In this document: piece by piece, positions 42,720-54,055 of the stretch
How the letters are laid out: every line of letters begins with the position of its first letter
How positions within the stretch are numbered: position 1 is the first letter of the stretch
Assembly: GCA_000004985.1 (NCBI GenBank)
Contig: GG738921.1
Length of the DNA stretch: 64,000 nucleotides
Reading direction: 5' to 3' (one strand)
Origin: Naegleria gruberi
Lineage: Eukaryota
Notes under the pieces: generated by a model
Databases searched by the model: none
The model's input: only the letters and a program-made list of their open reading frames with translations
Told to the model about the DNA's origin: nothing
Translations under genes and position numbers: made by a program

Positions 42720-44267
42720 TCATCTAATGTTTTCCAATTTTAGTGTTTCTTCTTGTACATAAATGTCTTTCGTTTGCAATTTAGAAAAGGTAGGATTAGT
42801 TTTCAGTGCTTGTAAACATTCGCTTGTTACTTTCATTTTTCCTTTTCTGTTTCCTTCAAGTTTTGTTAAATTTATCAAATTGGTGCAATTTGATAAAATG
42901 GTTGCATCTATAGATGTTTCTTCAATATTTGTAAAACGTAATTCCTTTAAATTAGACAAGATTGGATTGGTGCAAATTATTTGCAATTCCTTGTTTCCAC
43001 CATCGATACTCAAATATTCCAAATTTGATAGACAAGTAGAATTCAAATAATTTGAAAGGACATTTTGTGATTCCTTGGTAGGTCTAAGACGTAGTTGTTT
43101 GAGCTCTGGACAATGATCAATAAGTGAGGGAAATGGTGCCAAGTTGGAGTCATCCAATTTTAGGTTGGTAATTGAACTTTGACTGTTGGGAGGAAATTTA
43201 GCAATTGTATTATCAAATACCATATTTCGATAAGATTGTACATTCGCATTTACCCATTTGACTGTTGTTAGATTTGGTAAGTTTGGAGAAATAAGCAAAT
43301 TTGCAAAATCCTGATTGTTAATGGAACATTCAGTAATCTTGAGATATGTAAGATTCTTACAATTTCCATTTGATAAAGAAATATCAGTAATTTGGTAGTT
43401 TCCAATGTCCAAATATTCCAAGTTGGGCTTATTTTTCAATACTTCATTCTGAAATTCGTTACCTCTGTAACCGTATGTATGAGATGTTAAATGAGTAATT
43501 TGTTTCAAATATTTGGTACCCAAGCATGACCCAATTCCATCAAAATTATATGATACATCTAACTTCTTAACGGTTGACATAAACGCACTTCCAAATAATG
43601 CATCTGCTTCCGTTTTTTTAAACTTTTGCAGTTGCCTTAAGCTCAGTTCAGTTAAGTTTGGCATTTGACATTTCGTTAAATGCTTTACGGATGATAGAAT
43701 CAAATTATTACCAGAAATATCTAATGTGTGCAATTTATCCCATCTGATACCTTTTCTTGAAAGTGATTGAAATGAGCTAACAAGAGCACCAGACAATTTC
43801 AAAGAAGTGACATTCTTAATTTGTGGACTTTTTACCAAAAACTCAACATTCTTGGAAGCATTCACTTGTATTTCAACCCTGTCCACAACATCTTTCCACA
43901 ATTTTGAAACATATCTACAATAAGCGAGATCATTAACATTCAAGAATTGGAAAATACTAAATAAATTGTCAGAATTCAAACGAGTGGACGAAACTTTTTT
44001 TCTATGAATATCCACTTGTTTTAAAAACTCGTAAATATTTCCAACAAATTCATCAATTATTTCGCTATTGTACACAAAATAACGACTATCAACAAGTTTC
44101 ACCTTATTTGCCAATGAAATTAATTGTGAATTAACAGTCGTCATTTCTTCAAATAACACCGATTCAATATTTTCATCATCAAACATTTTTCCATCATGAC
44201 CATCGTGATGATCAGCAGCCGAAGGCTGTGATGATTCGTGCTTTCTCTTCTTTGTGTTGTTGGTCAT
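42720..44267 (-). CDS. F-box / LRR protein (515 aa).
   Basis: F-box LFSIFQFLNVNDLAYCRYVSKLWKDVV. Multiple LRRs (NLTELSLRQL, NLEYLDIGNYQITDISL, NLTYLKITECSINN...). Confidence 0.65.
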   Translation of the reverse strand: MTNNTKKRKHESSQPSAADHHDGHDGKMFDDENIESVLFEEMTTVNSQLISLANKVKLVDSRYFVYNSEIIDEFVGNIYEFLKQVDIHRKKVSSTRLNSDNLFSIFQFLNVNDLAYCRYVSKLWKDVVDRVEIQVNASKNVEFLVKSPQIKNVTSLKLSGALVSSFQSLSRKGIRWDKLHTLDISGNNLILSSVKHLTKCQMPNLTELSLRQLQKFKKTEADALFGSAFMSTVKKLDVSYNFDGIGSCLGTKYLKQITHLTSHTYGYRGNEFQNEVLKNKPNLEYLDIGNYQITDISLSNGNCKNLTYLKITECSINNQDFANLLISPNLPNLTTVKWVNANVQSYRNMVFDNTIAKFPPNSQSSITNLKLDDSNLAPFPSLIDHCPELKQLRLRPTKESQNVLSNYLNSTCLSNLEYLSIDGGNKELQIICTNPILSNLKELRFTNIEETSIDATILSNCTNLINLTKLEGNRKGKMKVTSECLQALKTNPTFSKLQTKDIYVQEETLKLENIR

Positions 44268-44373
44268 TTTTTTTTTTAAGTTTTTAATTAATAAAATTTT
44301 AAATATATTGCTTAATATTATTTAAATTGTGTAAATTAGTGAAATATTGAATGTTCAGTTTAGTAATTTGTAT

Positions 44374-45513
44374 TTAGTTGTATTGATGTTTTGCAGGTGA
44401 TGCCATTCGAATAGGAGCATCTGGATTCAATTGATAATCTGTTTGTAAGAGTGGATACAGTGTAATTGTCTTTCTGGTACACATTGAAATAATTGGGAAA
44501 TACATGACAGATTGTGAGACTAAATCCTGAGTTCCAGTAATTGCTGATGCAATGTGAATTCCATTCTTGAAAAAGTTGACCTGTTTGGCATCGTAATCTA
44601 TAATGACAGCAAATCGATCACCAACAGAGATCTTTCCAACAAATTCAGAACCTACAGTTCCATCAATAAAGTCGCCAAACATTTTGAATGATTTGTTTTC
44701 GAGAATGTAACCAACTCCAGAGTTTCTTTCAACGAATTGAGCTATGGATTTGTCATTATTGAAATCTTCATAATCAGTTCCAATACCAAATGCTATTGTT
44801 AATTGATGGAGGTCAATGTGTCAATATTTCAAATATAGTAAATTTCCAATATACTTACCAACATTCCATGCATTGCCACACAAGAAATATTCTTCAATAA
44901 CCATCTCATATCCTTTAAATCCAAAGTAAAATTGAGGAGATAGTTCTGATAAATCCTTAATCATTGGATATTTGGATGCTTTAAATGCATACCAAGTTGT
45001 AACGTTAATATTTCCAACAGTTCTCTCTCTATTAATGACCTTTTGTTCCTCAACATCAGATGCCTTGTCAAAACACAACTTTTTCATTTGCATCAACACT
45101 GAACTATACTTGATTGCATTTCCCTCTCTCAAAAAGAGCATTTCCCTCAAATATCGATCCAATTCCTTCTCATTCATTGAATTGACCAACGAAACATCCA
45201 AACCACTACTAATAATCTTTGAATTCACTTCATCAATAAATCCATTCATCATACCCAACAATCTATGTTTCCAAATAGTATTTCTATACGCAGCAACATC
45301 ATCCTCTTCATCATCACGATAATTGGAAGAATTCAAACAACCTCCCAAAACCAAATGATAATAAAATCGATTCAAACAAGCAACATTCATCAATGTATTC
45401 TCACAACAATACCACAGAACATTTACTTGATTATCGAGTGGGAGTTCCTGGAATGGAATTTTGTATAACCATTCACCATCAGCAATTTCCAATGTTGTTG
45501 TTGTTGTTGACAT
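44374..45513 (-). CDS. F-box / SPRY (B30.2-like) domain protein. Two exons: join(44374..44792, 44859..45513).
   Basis: N-terminal F-box-like IPFQELPLDNQVNVLWYCCENTLMNVACLNRFYYHLV. A 66-nt minus-strand intron (GTAAGT...AATAG). SPRY core GVGYILENKSF...GDRFAVIIDYDAKQVNFFKNGIHI. Confidence 0.65.
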
Positions 45514-46366
45514 TTTTGTATTTACAATTATTAAATAGTATTATTATGAGTATTAAATATTAAATTATATATTAAATTATATTTAAATAAATTATAGGAT
45601 GATGATGATCGGAATTAATGTATTACAGTATTAACTATTATTATTAATATTCAATATAATATAATACAAAATATGTACAAGAGCCTTTTTTAGCTATATT
45701 GTTGTTGTTGTCTTTTTTCAATAATTATGATATGAAAAATTAAAGATCATGTGATGATGGATAATAAATTGTGTTTCGTTATCTCTTTCGGATGACGATG
45801 ATTCAAAGTCTTGAAATTAATGATGATGAATTAATGAAATTGTAAAGTTATTGAAAAAAACGTTTTTTTCAATTTTTTTTTTGATTTTGGGATAAAAATA
45901 GAATTTTTGAATCGTTTTTAAATTTGAAGTGAGTTTCAAATAGTTGAAGGTGAAGTTGAGAAGATAGGAATCGAATAGTGGAATTAGAGAATTGTTGTTG
46001 ATCATCAGCACAAATGGAAGAGATTAAATAGTATATATGGAAAATTGGATAATTAAGAAACATTGGATTACTGACAACCATTGAAAAGATGAGGAAACAT
46101 TAGTTTACAATGGATTTTTTATTCGAATCCAAAGCTCAATAATCGAGAAATGATTATCCAGTGACTTTTATGAAACTTGATGAAAAAGGACTTTCGTTCG
46201 CTCGAGTTTCAGTAATTTTTATACATTCCATTAAATATTCGCTAAATTACATTCATTTAATATTCAATTTATTGTAAAGTGTTTGTATAATTCAATGAAC
46301 CTTGAAATCAAGTCAAGGAACTTGGAACCTGCATGAAAGAATGAAAAAAAACAAACTTTAAAAAAA

Positions 46367-47677
46367 ATGCTTTCTTCCAATCATCAACAAGTTCTCTTCC
46401 TCTCCAACCAATCCTCCTCGATGGAAATTGACGGAGTTTTTGAAAAATGTAATCTTGTCTCTCTCCATCAATTAACAAATTTGGAAATTAAGAAAATTTG
46501 TCCCTCCTCGAGAAATTCATTTATTTGGACAAGTGAGGAAGATCGAATTTTCAAAGTGGGTCGCTCGAATGTTCCAATAGAATCTGAAATTCAATACTGG
46601 AAGAATCCACTCAATTGTTTCGAATGGAAATGGAAAGAAAGAGTGAATAGATATTTGAGAATGAATAAGGAAATGGCATCTATTGTGGATGGTAGAGTTT
46701 TAAATTTGAAGAATATTTATGCATCGTGGTATGCTGTCTTTTTAGAGTTGGATGATGGAGTTTTCTTTGCTGTCAATGATCAAGATGAAAGAATGTGGAA
46801 ATTGGAAAAGGAAATTAAAATGTTTGTAACCTCGCCATGTAGTAATCATGCTTTGGTGGTATTGGAAGATGATGAGCTCATTAATATTGACAGTTTATTC
46901 TTTCAGATGCCTTCTTCTGAAACAGATCAAATTGATGGAACAATTGTAAAGGCAGCAACATCTGCCAAGTCAGATATCATTTTCACAGATAAGAATAAGA
47001 TGTTTTGTAGAGGGGATAATCGATTCAATGTTCAAAATGGTACTAGATCTAATGGATTTTATTCCTATGTGAGAACTCCTTTCGAAAATGAAAGTCTAGT
47101 TCAACAAGTCAAATGTGGACTTTTTCACACAGCTGTCATGTTGGAAAATAAGAGTATTTATGTGTGTGGACAAAACAAATTCAATCAATGTGGAGTTTCC
47201 TCAAAGGAAGATCAATCCTTTACAAAAATTCAATTCTCTTCAGATATAATTCCAGAGAGTTTGTATTGTGGAAGTGATTCGACTGGTTTCACCACCAAAT
47301 TCTCAACCTCCCTGTATGTGTTTGGTGGCATGTTGAAGAATTTAGATTTGAATGCAGTGGAACATGTCCAACAGATGCAAATTACTCAAAAGAAGGGAAA
47401 TAATCAACAACAACCAACAGAATCAGTTTCGTTTGAACAAGTTTCAAGATTTGAACCTTTCGAATTGATTTCAGGAGTGAAGGGTATTAAACTATCACTC
47501 AAATCCATTCCAAATGCTGATTTCAATTCGGTAGTGTTTGGAGATTCGTACATGTTGGTCTTTAAGAGAAATGAGCTAATTGGAAAAACATTGAATTATA
47601 TTCATTTGAATATGAAACGTCTTGGCTTGCAAATTGATAAGCACTATTCAGATCTTGTCTTTCACACTGAATGTTAA
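46367..47677 (+). CDS. RCC1-like repeat protein (436 aa).
   Basis: Blades such as CGLFHTAVMLENKSIYVCGQNKFNQCGV, plus a further G/C-containing repeat. Confidence 0.55.
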   Translation: MLSSNHQQVLFLSNQSSSMEIDGVFEKCNLVSLHQLTNLEIKKICPSSRNSFIWTSEEDRIFKVGRSNVPIESEIQYWKNPLNCFEWKWKERVNRYLRMNKEMASIVDGRVLNLKNIYASWYAVFLELDDGVFFAVNDQDERMWKLEKEIKMFVTSPCSNHALVVLEDDELINIDSLFFQMPSSETDQIDGTIVKAATSAKSDIIFTDKNKMFCRGDNRFNVQNGTRSNGFYSYVRTPFENESLVQQVKCGLFHTAVMLENKSIYVCGQNKFNQCGVSSKEDQSFTKIQFSSDIIPESLYCGSDSTGFTTKFSTSLYVFGGMLKNLDLNAVEHVQQMQITQKKGNNQQQPTESVSFEQVSRFEPFELISGVKGIKLSLKSIPNADFNSVVFGDSYMLVFKRNELIGKTLNYIHLNMKRLGLQIDKHYSDLVFHTEC

Positions 47678-47788
47678 TATATACTGTACAAAATTTATAT
47701 ATTTTATGTAAATAATTGATCAAATATAAAATCTTCTATAAATGGAAGAAATAAATAATTATTGAAATATTGCAATTGTGTAGTGTCA

Positions 47789-48543
47789 TTAATACAATTT
47801 ACATTCTGATAGAGTGGCATTGTATGATCCACATCTTGGAATTAAATTTTCATCCCATCCCATGCAACTGTTTGGAATATACAAACAAGATTGTGCAGGA
47901 ATACATCTCTCTGGCGAAAGTGTGTACAAATTACTTGCCTTTCCAACAATTGTTCTTCCATTAACAACTGTAGTTCCATAAAAACATTGTTGTCCAGGAT
48001 AACCAGTTCCAAAAACATAAAACAAAGCAACAGCACAACCAAAAACAAAGAGAATTGGAGTTAAAATCATCAAAATACGTAATTTAGGTTCCAGATAGGA
48101 TGTTCTTTGCCAATAAATCAAAATTCCAAGAGGAACCAATTGAATTATCAAGTAAACCATCATGGCCAAATTACCCCATAATTTCAAATCCGATTCTCTG
48201 TATGTAAATACACCCAACAAGATGAATGTTACCAAACCAATTAATATAACAATTGCTGATGAAGTATATGTAGCTATTTTAATCTATCCATATATATATA
48301 CATATAATAATTATGATCACATCATCATTATCATCCACATATAATAATAACAATAATAACAATAATATCAAACAAATATATCAAACATTAATAGCAATCA
48401 TCCGATCAATATTTAAATTATCATCATCATCAATAATAATATTAATAATACAACAATAATAAATGTAAATATGATCCAATCTATATAACAAAATAATAAC
48501 ATACAGCCTTGCTATTCTCATCACCATAAAGTGGATTCTCCAT
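47789..48543 (-). CDS. Small four-helix membrane protein with a Cys-rich C-terminal domain. A short first exon (about 48508..48543), then an intron of about 280 nt containing an (ATA)n microsatellite.
   Basis: The 5' exon encodes MENPLYGDENSKA followed by a GTATGT donor. The main exon is 47789..48235. Intron boundaries are approximate. Confidence 0.4.
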
Positions 48544-48773
48544 TTTTTTATATTTGTTTTTGGTTTCTTCGAATCTTTACAACTCCTCTCGGAGTTTGCA
48601 AAAAAGGCACCGGGTCTTTGAATTGGAATTAATTTGGACTCTAGAATTGAGTGTTATTTGAATATAAAACAATGATTCATGTTCATTTGTGTTGTATTAG
48701 TTGAAGCTTGTATTAAAGATGGTTTAAGGTATTTAAAGTTTACAAAAATATTTTTTGAGTTTACAAAAAAAAA

Positions 48774-49817
48774 ATGTATCAAGATGCATGGGTGGAGGTG
48801 ATGCAATTTTTAGAGCCGATTGATGTGTTGGCGTCTCTACTCACTCTCAATAGAAATTTGTATGAATGGATTAGAAAATCTTCGTGTTTAACCTTTGATG
48901 ATATTTGTAATTATTGTGCTGGAGATGAAAATTCATCCCGAGGCTTGAAAATTTCATTTCATCATCAAATTGATGATCATGATAATTCAATGATTGATAA
49001 TGTAATTGATGATTATTATGTAAAATTGGTTGGAAATACTAAATATATTATTCGGTTGTACTTGGCAAAATTGGCCAAACGATTGGGAAATCAAAATCCT
49101 GTGGAGAGATCTGAGAAAGAAATTTCAAAAATTCTGAATTCATACGAATTGAAATTATTGAATTTTTATAGATCTGTGTTTTTTCCTCAATTTAAATATC
49201 AGGAGAGTGGAACGATTAATTATTTTGTTTTGGGAGATACAGGAATAGGAAAGACAACTTTCAGATATTTTATATGTTATGGAAAGAAAAAAGATAGTTA
49301 TTATGGAGCTACTGGAATTGATTTTCTTATCAAACGGTTTCAAATTGCTGATGAGATGAAATGTGAACATAAGATTTTTGACACTGCTGGTCAAGAAAGG
49401 TTCTTTGCTCCAAACATGATGGTGAAAAGACATGCAAGAAACGATAGGATGGGATTTCTTCTTTGTTTTTCAATGGTTCATCTAGTGTCGTTTGAGAAAT
49501 TGGATGAATGGTTTTCTGCTGTTAAGGAACATGCCCATCCAGAAATTTCAAATTATGGATTAATTGTTGGATTACATCCCCAGAATATTCGTTGGGTCGA
49601 AACTCCTAGCGAACCTCAGATCTGTGTTAAAGATACTGTAAAGAAATCGTATGCTCTTGGTAAATCAGTGTTTTTTGAAGCGAATTGCAATGAGTCCAAA
49701 CAAGTATTTGCTCCTTTTTGGTTTATTCAATTACAATGCACTTATTTCAATAATTGTAAAGAGAAAGACAAGGATCTAACACAAGTTAATAATTCTTGGA
49801 ACTGCTCAATATATTAA
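48774..49817 (+). CDS. F-box-like N-terminus fused to a divergent Rab/Ras-like small GTPase domain.
   Basis: N-terminal VMQFLEPIDVLASLLTLNRNLYEWI (F-box pattern). GTPase G1 FVLGDTGIGKTT and G3 DTAGQERF. The G4 NKxD motif is degenerate (GLHPQN). Confidence 0.6.
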   Translation: MYQDAWVEVMQFLEPIDVLASLLTLNRNLYEWIRKSSCLTFDDICNYCAGDENSSRGLKISFHHQIDDHDNSMIDNVIDDYYVKLVGNTKYIIRLYLAKLAKRLGNQNPVERSEKEISKILNSYELKLLNFYRSVFFPQFKYQESGTINYFVLGDTGIGKTTFRYFICYGKKKDSYYGATGIDFLIKRFQIADEMKCEHKIFDTAGQERFFAPNMMVKRHARNDRMGFLLCFSMVHLVSFEKLDEWFSAVKEHAHPEISNYGLIVGLHPQNIRWVETPSEPQICVKDTVKKSYALGKSVFFEANCNESKQVFAPFWFIQLQCTYFNNCKEKDKDLTQVNNSWNCSIY

Positions 49818-49888
49818 AATAACATGAAATTCGCAAAATTTACAATCCTCATGTAATGTACATTTGAAATAAATTAAGGTTTTAAGAT

Positions 49889-51670
49889 TTATTGGAATGG
49901 TTCCAATTCAATTTCGAAAACTGAAACTGGTGTCTTCAAACCAAAGTTAGAAGCAACTTCTGGATGAATAATACCGAAAATACCAATCTTCTTGCCCTTG
50001 TAGAAGATATCAGCTTGTCTACCTGGCAAGAAGCTAATATCGTTAGATGGGAAAATTGAGAAACAGTGCTTATCAACAGATTGGCTATGTTCAACTTCGA
50101 ATGGAACAGCTAAAACTTCCATAACTCTGTCAACCAAACCGTGAATCAGTTCCAAACCCGATGTAGCAGATGAGAAGAGAGCAGCAAGTCTTCTATTATT
50201 CTTAGCACCAACATCCTTAGAATCATCAACTAAAATAACATCACCACATTCGAACAATTTGATTGGCAATGGCAATGACTTGTTGCTTTGCAAGGTCTTT
50301 AACAAACCTGGAATCAAACTAATTCTAGCAGTCTTGAATTCGAATGGACATGGTTCAGCAACAGCAATAGCAGTCTTACCATCGTTGACTCTGTTCATGT
50401 ATTTAAAGTTTTCTTCATCGTTACAGAGAATCAAGGACAAAACTTCAGTATATCCTGACATGGCGAGTTCAAGACGCACCATTTCTGACAATTGGTTCAA
50501 TTCATTTTCCTTACCAACAGTTGAAGACTTTGGGAAAGTAATTGGGATATTGTTGTAACCATGAGCAATGGCAACATCTTCCATAATATCACAAGCATGT
50601 AAAACGTCTGAACGAGTTGGTGGAGCAAGAACTCTCAATTCATTATTTTGAGTGACAGTAGCATTCAATTGCATCTTTGTCAAAATTTCTGCAATTTGTT
50701 GAGCAGATAAATTCAAACCAATTCTACTATTAATATAGTCGCTATTTGTAGTGAATTCAACATTATCAAGAATTGGAGTAGGTTCATCCTTTGATTGAGT
50801 CTTATCTTCATATACAATTTCAACTTGTTCAACTGTGAATGGAACAGAGCAATGTTCAGAGAACATGGTAACAACAGTATTCAAGACAACCTTAGCCTTT
50901 GTCAAATCAGTTGCAGTACATTCAATGAAAACATTCTTTGTAGACATTTTGATCTTTGAGTGATCTCCGTTAATAATTGGTGGCAAAGACAAAACTCTTC
51001 TCTTAGCATCTAAAATAACTGGATAAACTGGACTATCCTTGATAATCTTAGTGTAAGGGGACAAGTGCTTCATTTCACTTCCCTTTTTTTCAATAAAAGC
51101 GAAAAGTTCGTCAGCATCCATTAATTCAGTTCTATCCAAAGGAATGAATTTGATTTCTTTTGGTGGAAGAGCTTCATATGTGAAAGGACCTTCAATAACA
51201 TCCAAATCGTGAGTACCAATAGCAACGAGGGTTCTCTTTCTACAAATATTTTGATGAAGCTTTTCTTGTAAATCAATGAAACTATTGTAGGCATCTTCGG
51301 TGAAGGTGATATTTCTCAAGACAGCACCAACAACAAATTTACGGATTGATCCAGTTTCCTTTTTCACGTTAATCTTTAACAATTGTTTGGTTTTGGAATT
51401 ATCAATTTTATAGGTTGGAGCATCTTGACGACCGAGGAAAATGTTCAAAGCTCTGCTCAAGCCTTCTTCACAGAGTAAATCGTATCTGTTGGCTGGGATT
51501 TCAATCTTGTAGATGACTTCATCGGAGAGTTTGCTTGTATCCTTTGCAGAACCCAATTCCTTTTCCTTCATCAATCTTTCAGAGGTAACATCATCCAATT
51601 CAATACCAAAATCAAAACAAAGTTGCTCAAAATCGGCATCGGCTATAGGAGATATTTTTTTAATTTTCAT
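49889..51670 (-). CDS. phesB: Phenylalanine--tRNA ligase beta subunit (cytosolic).
   Basis: Alignable over its whole length with human FARSB: EFDELCFEFGLELDE / DFEQLCFDFGIELDD; LYKIDVPANRYDLLC; AVLRNI.F..D.Y.SFIELQEKLHQNICRKR.LVAIGTHDLD; PPIINGDHS; ...RTTLLPGLLKT. A short additional 5' exon is possible. Confidence 0.9.
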   Translation of the reverse strand: MKIKKISPIADADFEQLCFDFGIELDDVTSERLMKEKELGSAKDTSKLSDEVIYKIEIPANRYDLLCEEGLSRALNIFLGRQDAPTYKIDNSKTKQLLKINVKKETGSIRKFVVGAVLRNITFTEDAYNSFIDLQEKLHQNICRKRTLVAIGTHDLDVIEGPFTYEALPPKEIKFIPLDRTELMDADELFAFIEKKGSEMKHLSPYTKIIKDSPVYPVILDAKRRVLSLPPIINGDHSKIKMSTKNVFIECTATDLTKAKVVLNTVVTMFSEHCSVPFTVEQVEIVYEDKTQSKDEPTPILDNVEFTTNSDYINSRIGLNLSAQQIAEILTKMQLNATVTQNNELRVLAPPTRSDVLHACDIMEDVAIAHGYNNIPITFPKSSTVGKENELNQLSEMVRLELAMSGYTEVLSLILCNDEENFKYMNRVNDGKTAIAVAEPCPFEFKTARISLIPGLLKTLQSNKSLPLPIKLFECGDVILVDDSKDVGAKNNRRLAALFSSATSGLELIHGLVDRVMEVLAVPFEVEHSQSVDKHCFSIFPSNDISFLPGRQADIFYKGKKIGIFGIIHPEVASNFGLKTPVSVFEIELEPFQ

Positions 51671-52342
51671 TTTAATAAAAAATTCATTTTTAAAAGGACA
51701 CTATCCTGTTGGCTTTAAGCAGGCTTGGTCATCAGAGAAGATAATAATAATTATGTATTATATTTCCAGCTAAATTGTTATCCAGCCAAGACTGTTTATC
51801 TTTGAACCTATCTATTTTCAAATGAATTCTCAATTTCAAAACACTGACTGCTCTTACGGAATTTACTTGTAAATATATTCATCATCAAACAACTACACCA
51901 AAACAACAACTCTCAAATGTTTTTAAATCATAAGGATAATTATCAAAATCCTCATCAAAACAACAGGCCTCAAGAATGATCATTCCGTTAAATGGTCTAC
52001 TCCACCTCCCGTACATCAGGAGTCGCTTAAATTTACCATGTTACCTCTCGCCAAATGATCCGAGCTTCTTCACAGGCTATCCAAAGAGCCAATAGTGGTG
52101 TTTGGATGGAACTTTTACTCTATTCATCACTCAGTGTCGAGTGACCTTCTTTCGCGATAATGTTTAATATCCAAACAAAAACAAAACCAACAACATTAAC
52201 AGCAACACTGCTTCTCTGTTCTCCTAATAATCGATACTGAACCTCGGAACAAGTTATTAGAAGTTTAACCTTAAGCCTCATTGGATCTCTTATTAGGGTT
52301 GACAATCTTTAACTGTCTGGATATTAACAAATTTAAAAAAAA

Positions 52343-53881
52343 ATGTTTAATCCATTCTTTACACAACCTTCTGGTGGCGCCAATGTCAATCCATCCAATG
52401 TGAATGGTTCAAATCAATTCAATAATAGTGTTGCTGGTACGTATAACAGTTGTAGTAATAGCAGTGGGAGTACAATGCCAAACTTATTTTCAGACATGAT
52501 TAATGTGAACAGAAGAATGATGATGGGAGGATTTAGCATGCCAAGTGTGAATTTTGGTATGACAGTGATGGGTCAATCGAGCACTACTAATATGACAAAT
52601 AGTGGGATGCTTGGTGGAGGAATGATTATGCCATCAAGTAAAACACATGAAATGTGTGACTTGTCTGGAAAGTGGCAAGACAAATCTGGTATGGTTTGGC
52701 ACATTACTCAAAATGGAAATACGTTCCAAATGATTGAGGAAAGGAGTAATTTCACAGGAAAGGGTTCAGTTATTTCGAGCAATATTAATGGAACCGAATG
52801 GGTAATTCATGTGTCATTAACTGCCAGAACATTACAAGTTAATAATCGTTTACAAGCATTCGACAATAACATGCTGGTTGGTCAAAGGGATTTTTTCAAA
52901 TTAATTGAGAAATTTAACACTAATGTGAAACCATCCCCAAACAACGTGATAGATCCAAATTTGAGTTTGAAATTGGTTGGATCATCTTTTAAATCAAAGA
53001 GTGGCGAATGGCAAGTGGTAATGAAACTAAATGAAGGATTATACGCAATTAAGAATGGAAGTGGAATTATGAAGCATTTGTGTATCACCCCAGACAATAA
53101 TGGTCAATTAATGGTTTTCATTTCACAAGAAAACAAATCAGGTAAGGGAGAAGAGGCCCTCTTCTGTTTAACAGCCGATATCTCACACTTGTCTCTTTCC
53201 AATGGAGAAGTTTGGACCTTAGAGGCTCCTCCAACTATCAATTCCCATGTCTACTCATCAATTTATCAACAACCTCAAACTTATAGTCAACCAGGCTATC
53301 CAATGTATCAACAACCACCAACTCAACCAAATTACTACCCTCCAAACAATTCATATCCACAACCTCCAAATCTTTACCAACAACAACCTTTTAATCCTTA
53401 CCCACCACAATACGGGCATCACCATCAACCACAACCAAATTATTATCCTCCAAATAATTCATATGTTCCACCTCCGCAAACTGTCTCACCTCCACCAAAA
53501 ACTATTGGTTGGGTGGAAAGCATTTTGGCTTGTAAAGACGAGAGTTCGAATAGAATTCTTGAAAAAATTGATCAATATTCAAAGAGCCAATATGAAAAAT
53601 GTGAATCTCATCATCTGAAACAAATTTTAAAACTTTTAACTCATGGACCACACCAACGTGATGCAATCTCCTTATTAAGCAAAAATTTAGCAATTGGATA
53701 TTTAACTTGTAGTTCAGTAGCTACAGATATTGTTCCTTGCTTTGACTTTTTCTCTCATACTTTTGAATCAATCACTACTTTAGCTCCACAAATAACAGAC
53801 AGACGTCAAAATGCAGAAGTAATTTGTAAATGTTTCAATGATATTGATGCCAAGAAAGTGAGAGAACTGTTAATGAAATAA
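52343..53881 (+). CDS. Hypothetical protein (512 aa) with a central P/Q/Y/N-rich low-complexity segment.
   Basis: Single ORF. (PQ/YPP/NNSY)n region near 53250-53480. No domain recognised. Confidence 0.5.
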   Translation: MFNPFFTQPSGGANVNPSNVNGSNQFNNSVAGTYNSCSNSSGSTMPNLFSDMINVNRRMMMGGFSMPSVNFGMTVMGQSSTTNMTNSGMLGGGMIMPSSKTHEMCDLSGKWQDKSGMVWHITQNGNTFQMIEERSNFTGKGSVISSNINGTEWVIHVSLTARTLQVNNRLQAFDNNMLVGQRDFFKLIEKFNTNVKPSPNNVIDPNLSLKLVGSSFKSKSGEWQVVMKLNEGLYAIKNGSGIMKHLCITPDNNGQLMVFISQENKSGKGEEALFCLTADISHLSLSNGEVWTLEAPPTINSHVYSSIYQQPQTYSQPGYPMYQQPPTQPNYYPPNNSYPQPPNLYQQQPFNPYPPQYGHHHQPQPNYYPPNNSYVPPPQTVSPPPKTIGWVESILACKDESSNRILEKIDQYSKSQYEKCESHHLKQILKLLTHGPHQRDAISLLSKNLAIGYLTCSSVATDIVPCFDFFSHTFESITTLAPQITDRRQNAEVICKCFNDIDAKKVRELLMK

Positions 53882-54055
53882 TACAACCACTTTCAAACTT
53901 TATCTCCTCATATATTATCTCACTATTATTTTGATTATTAATGATTCAAAAGAAGAAATGAATCAAATTGTTAAAGTTTGTTTATCTTGTGGATAAATAC
54001 TTTATTTATATACATCTCACTAATATTTGAATTCAAAATTGGAATCTCTTTGCAT

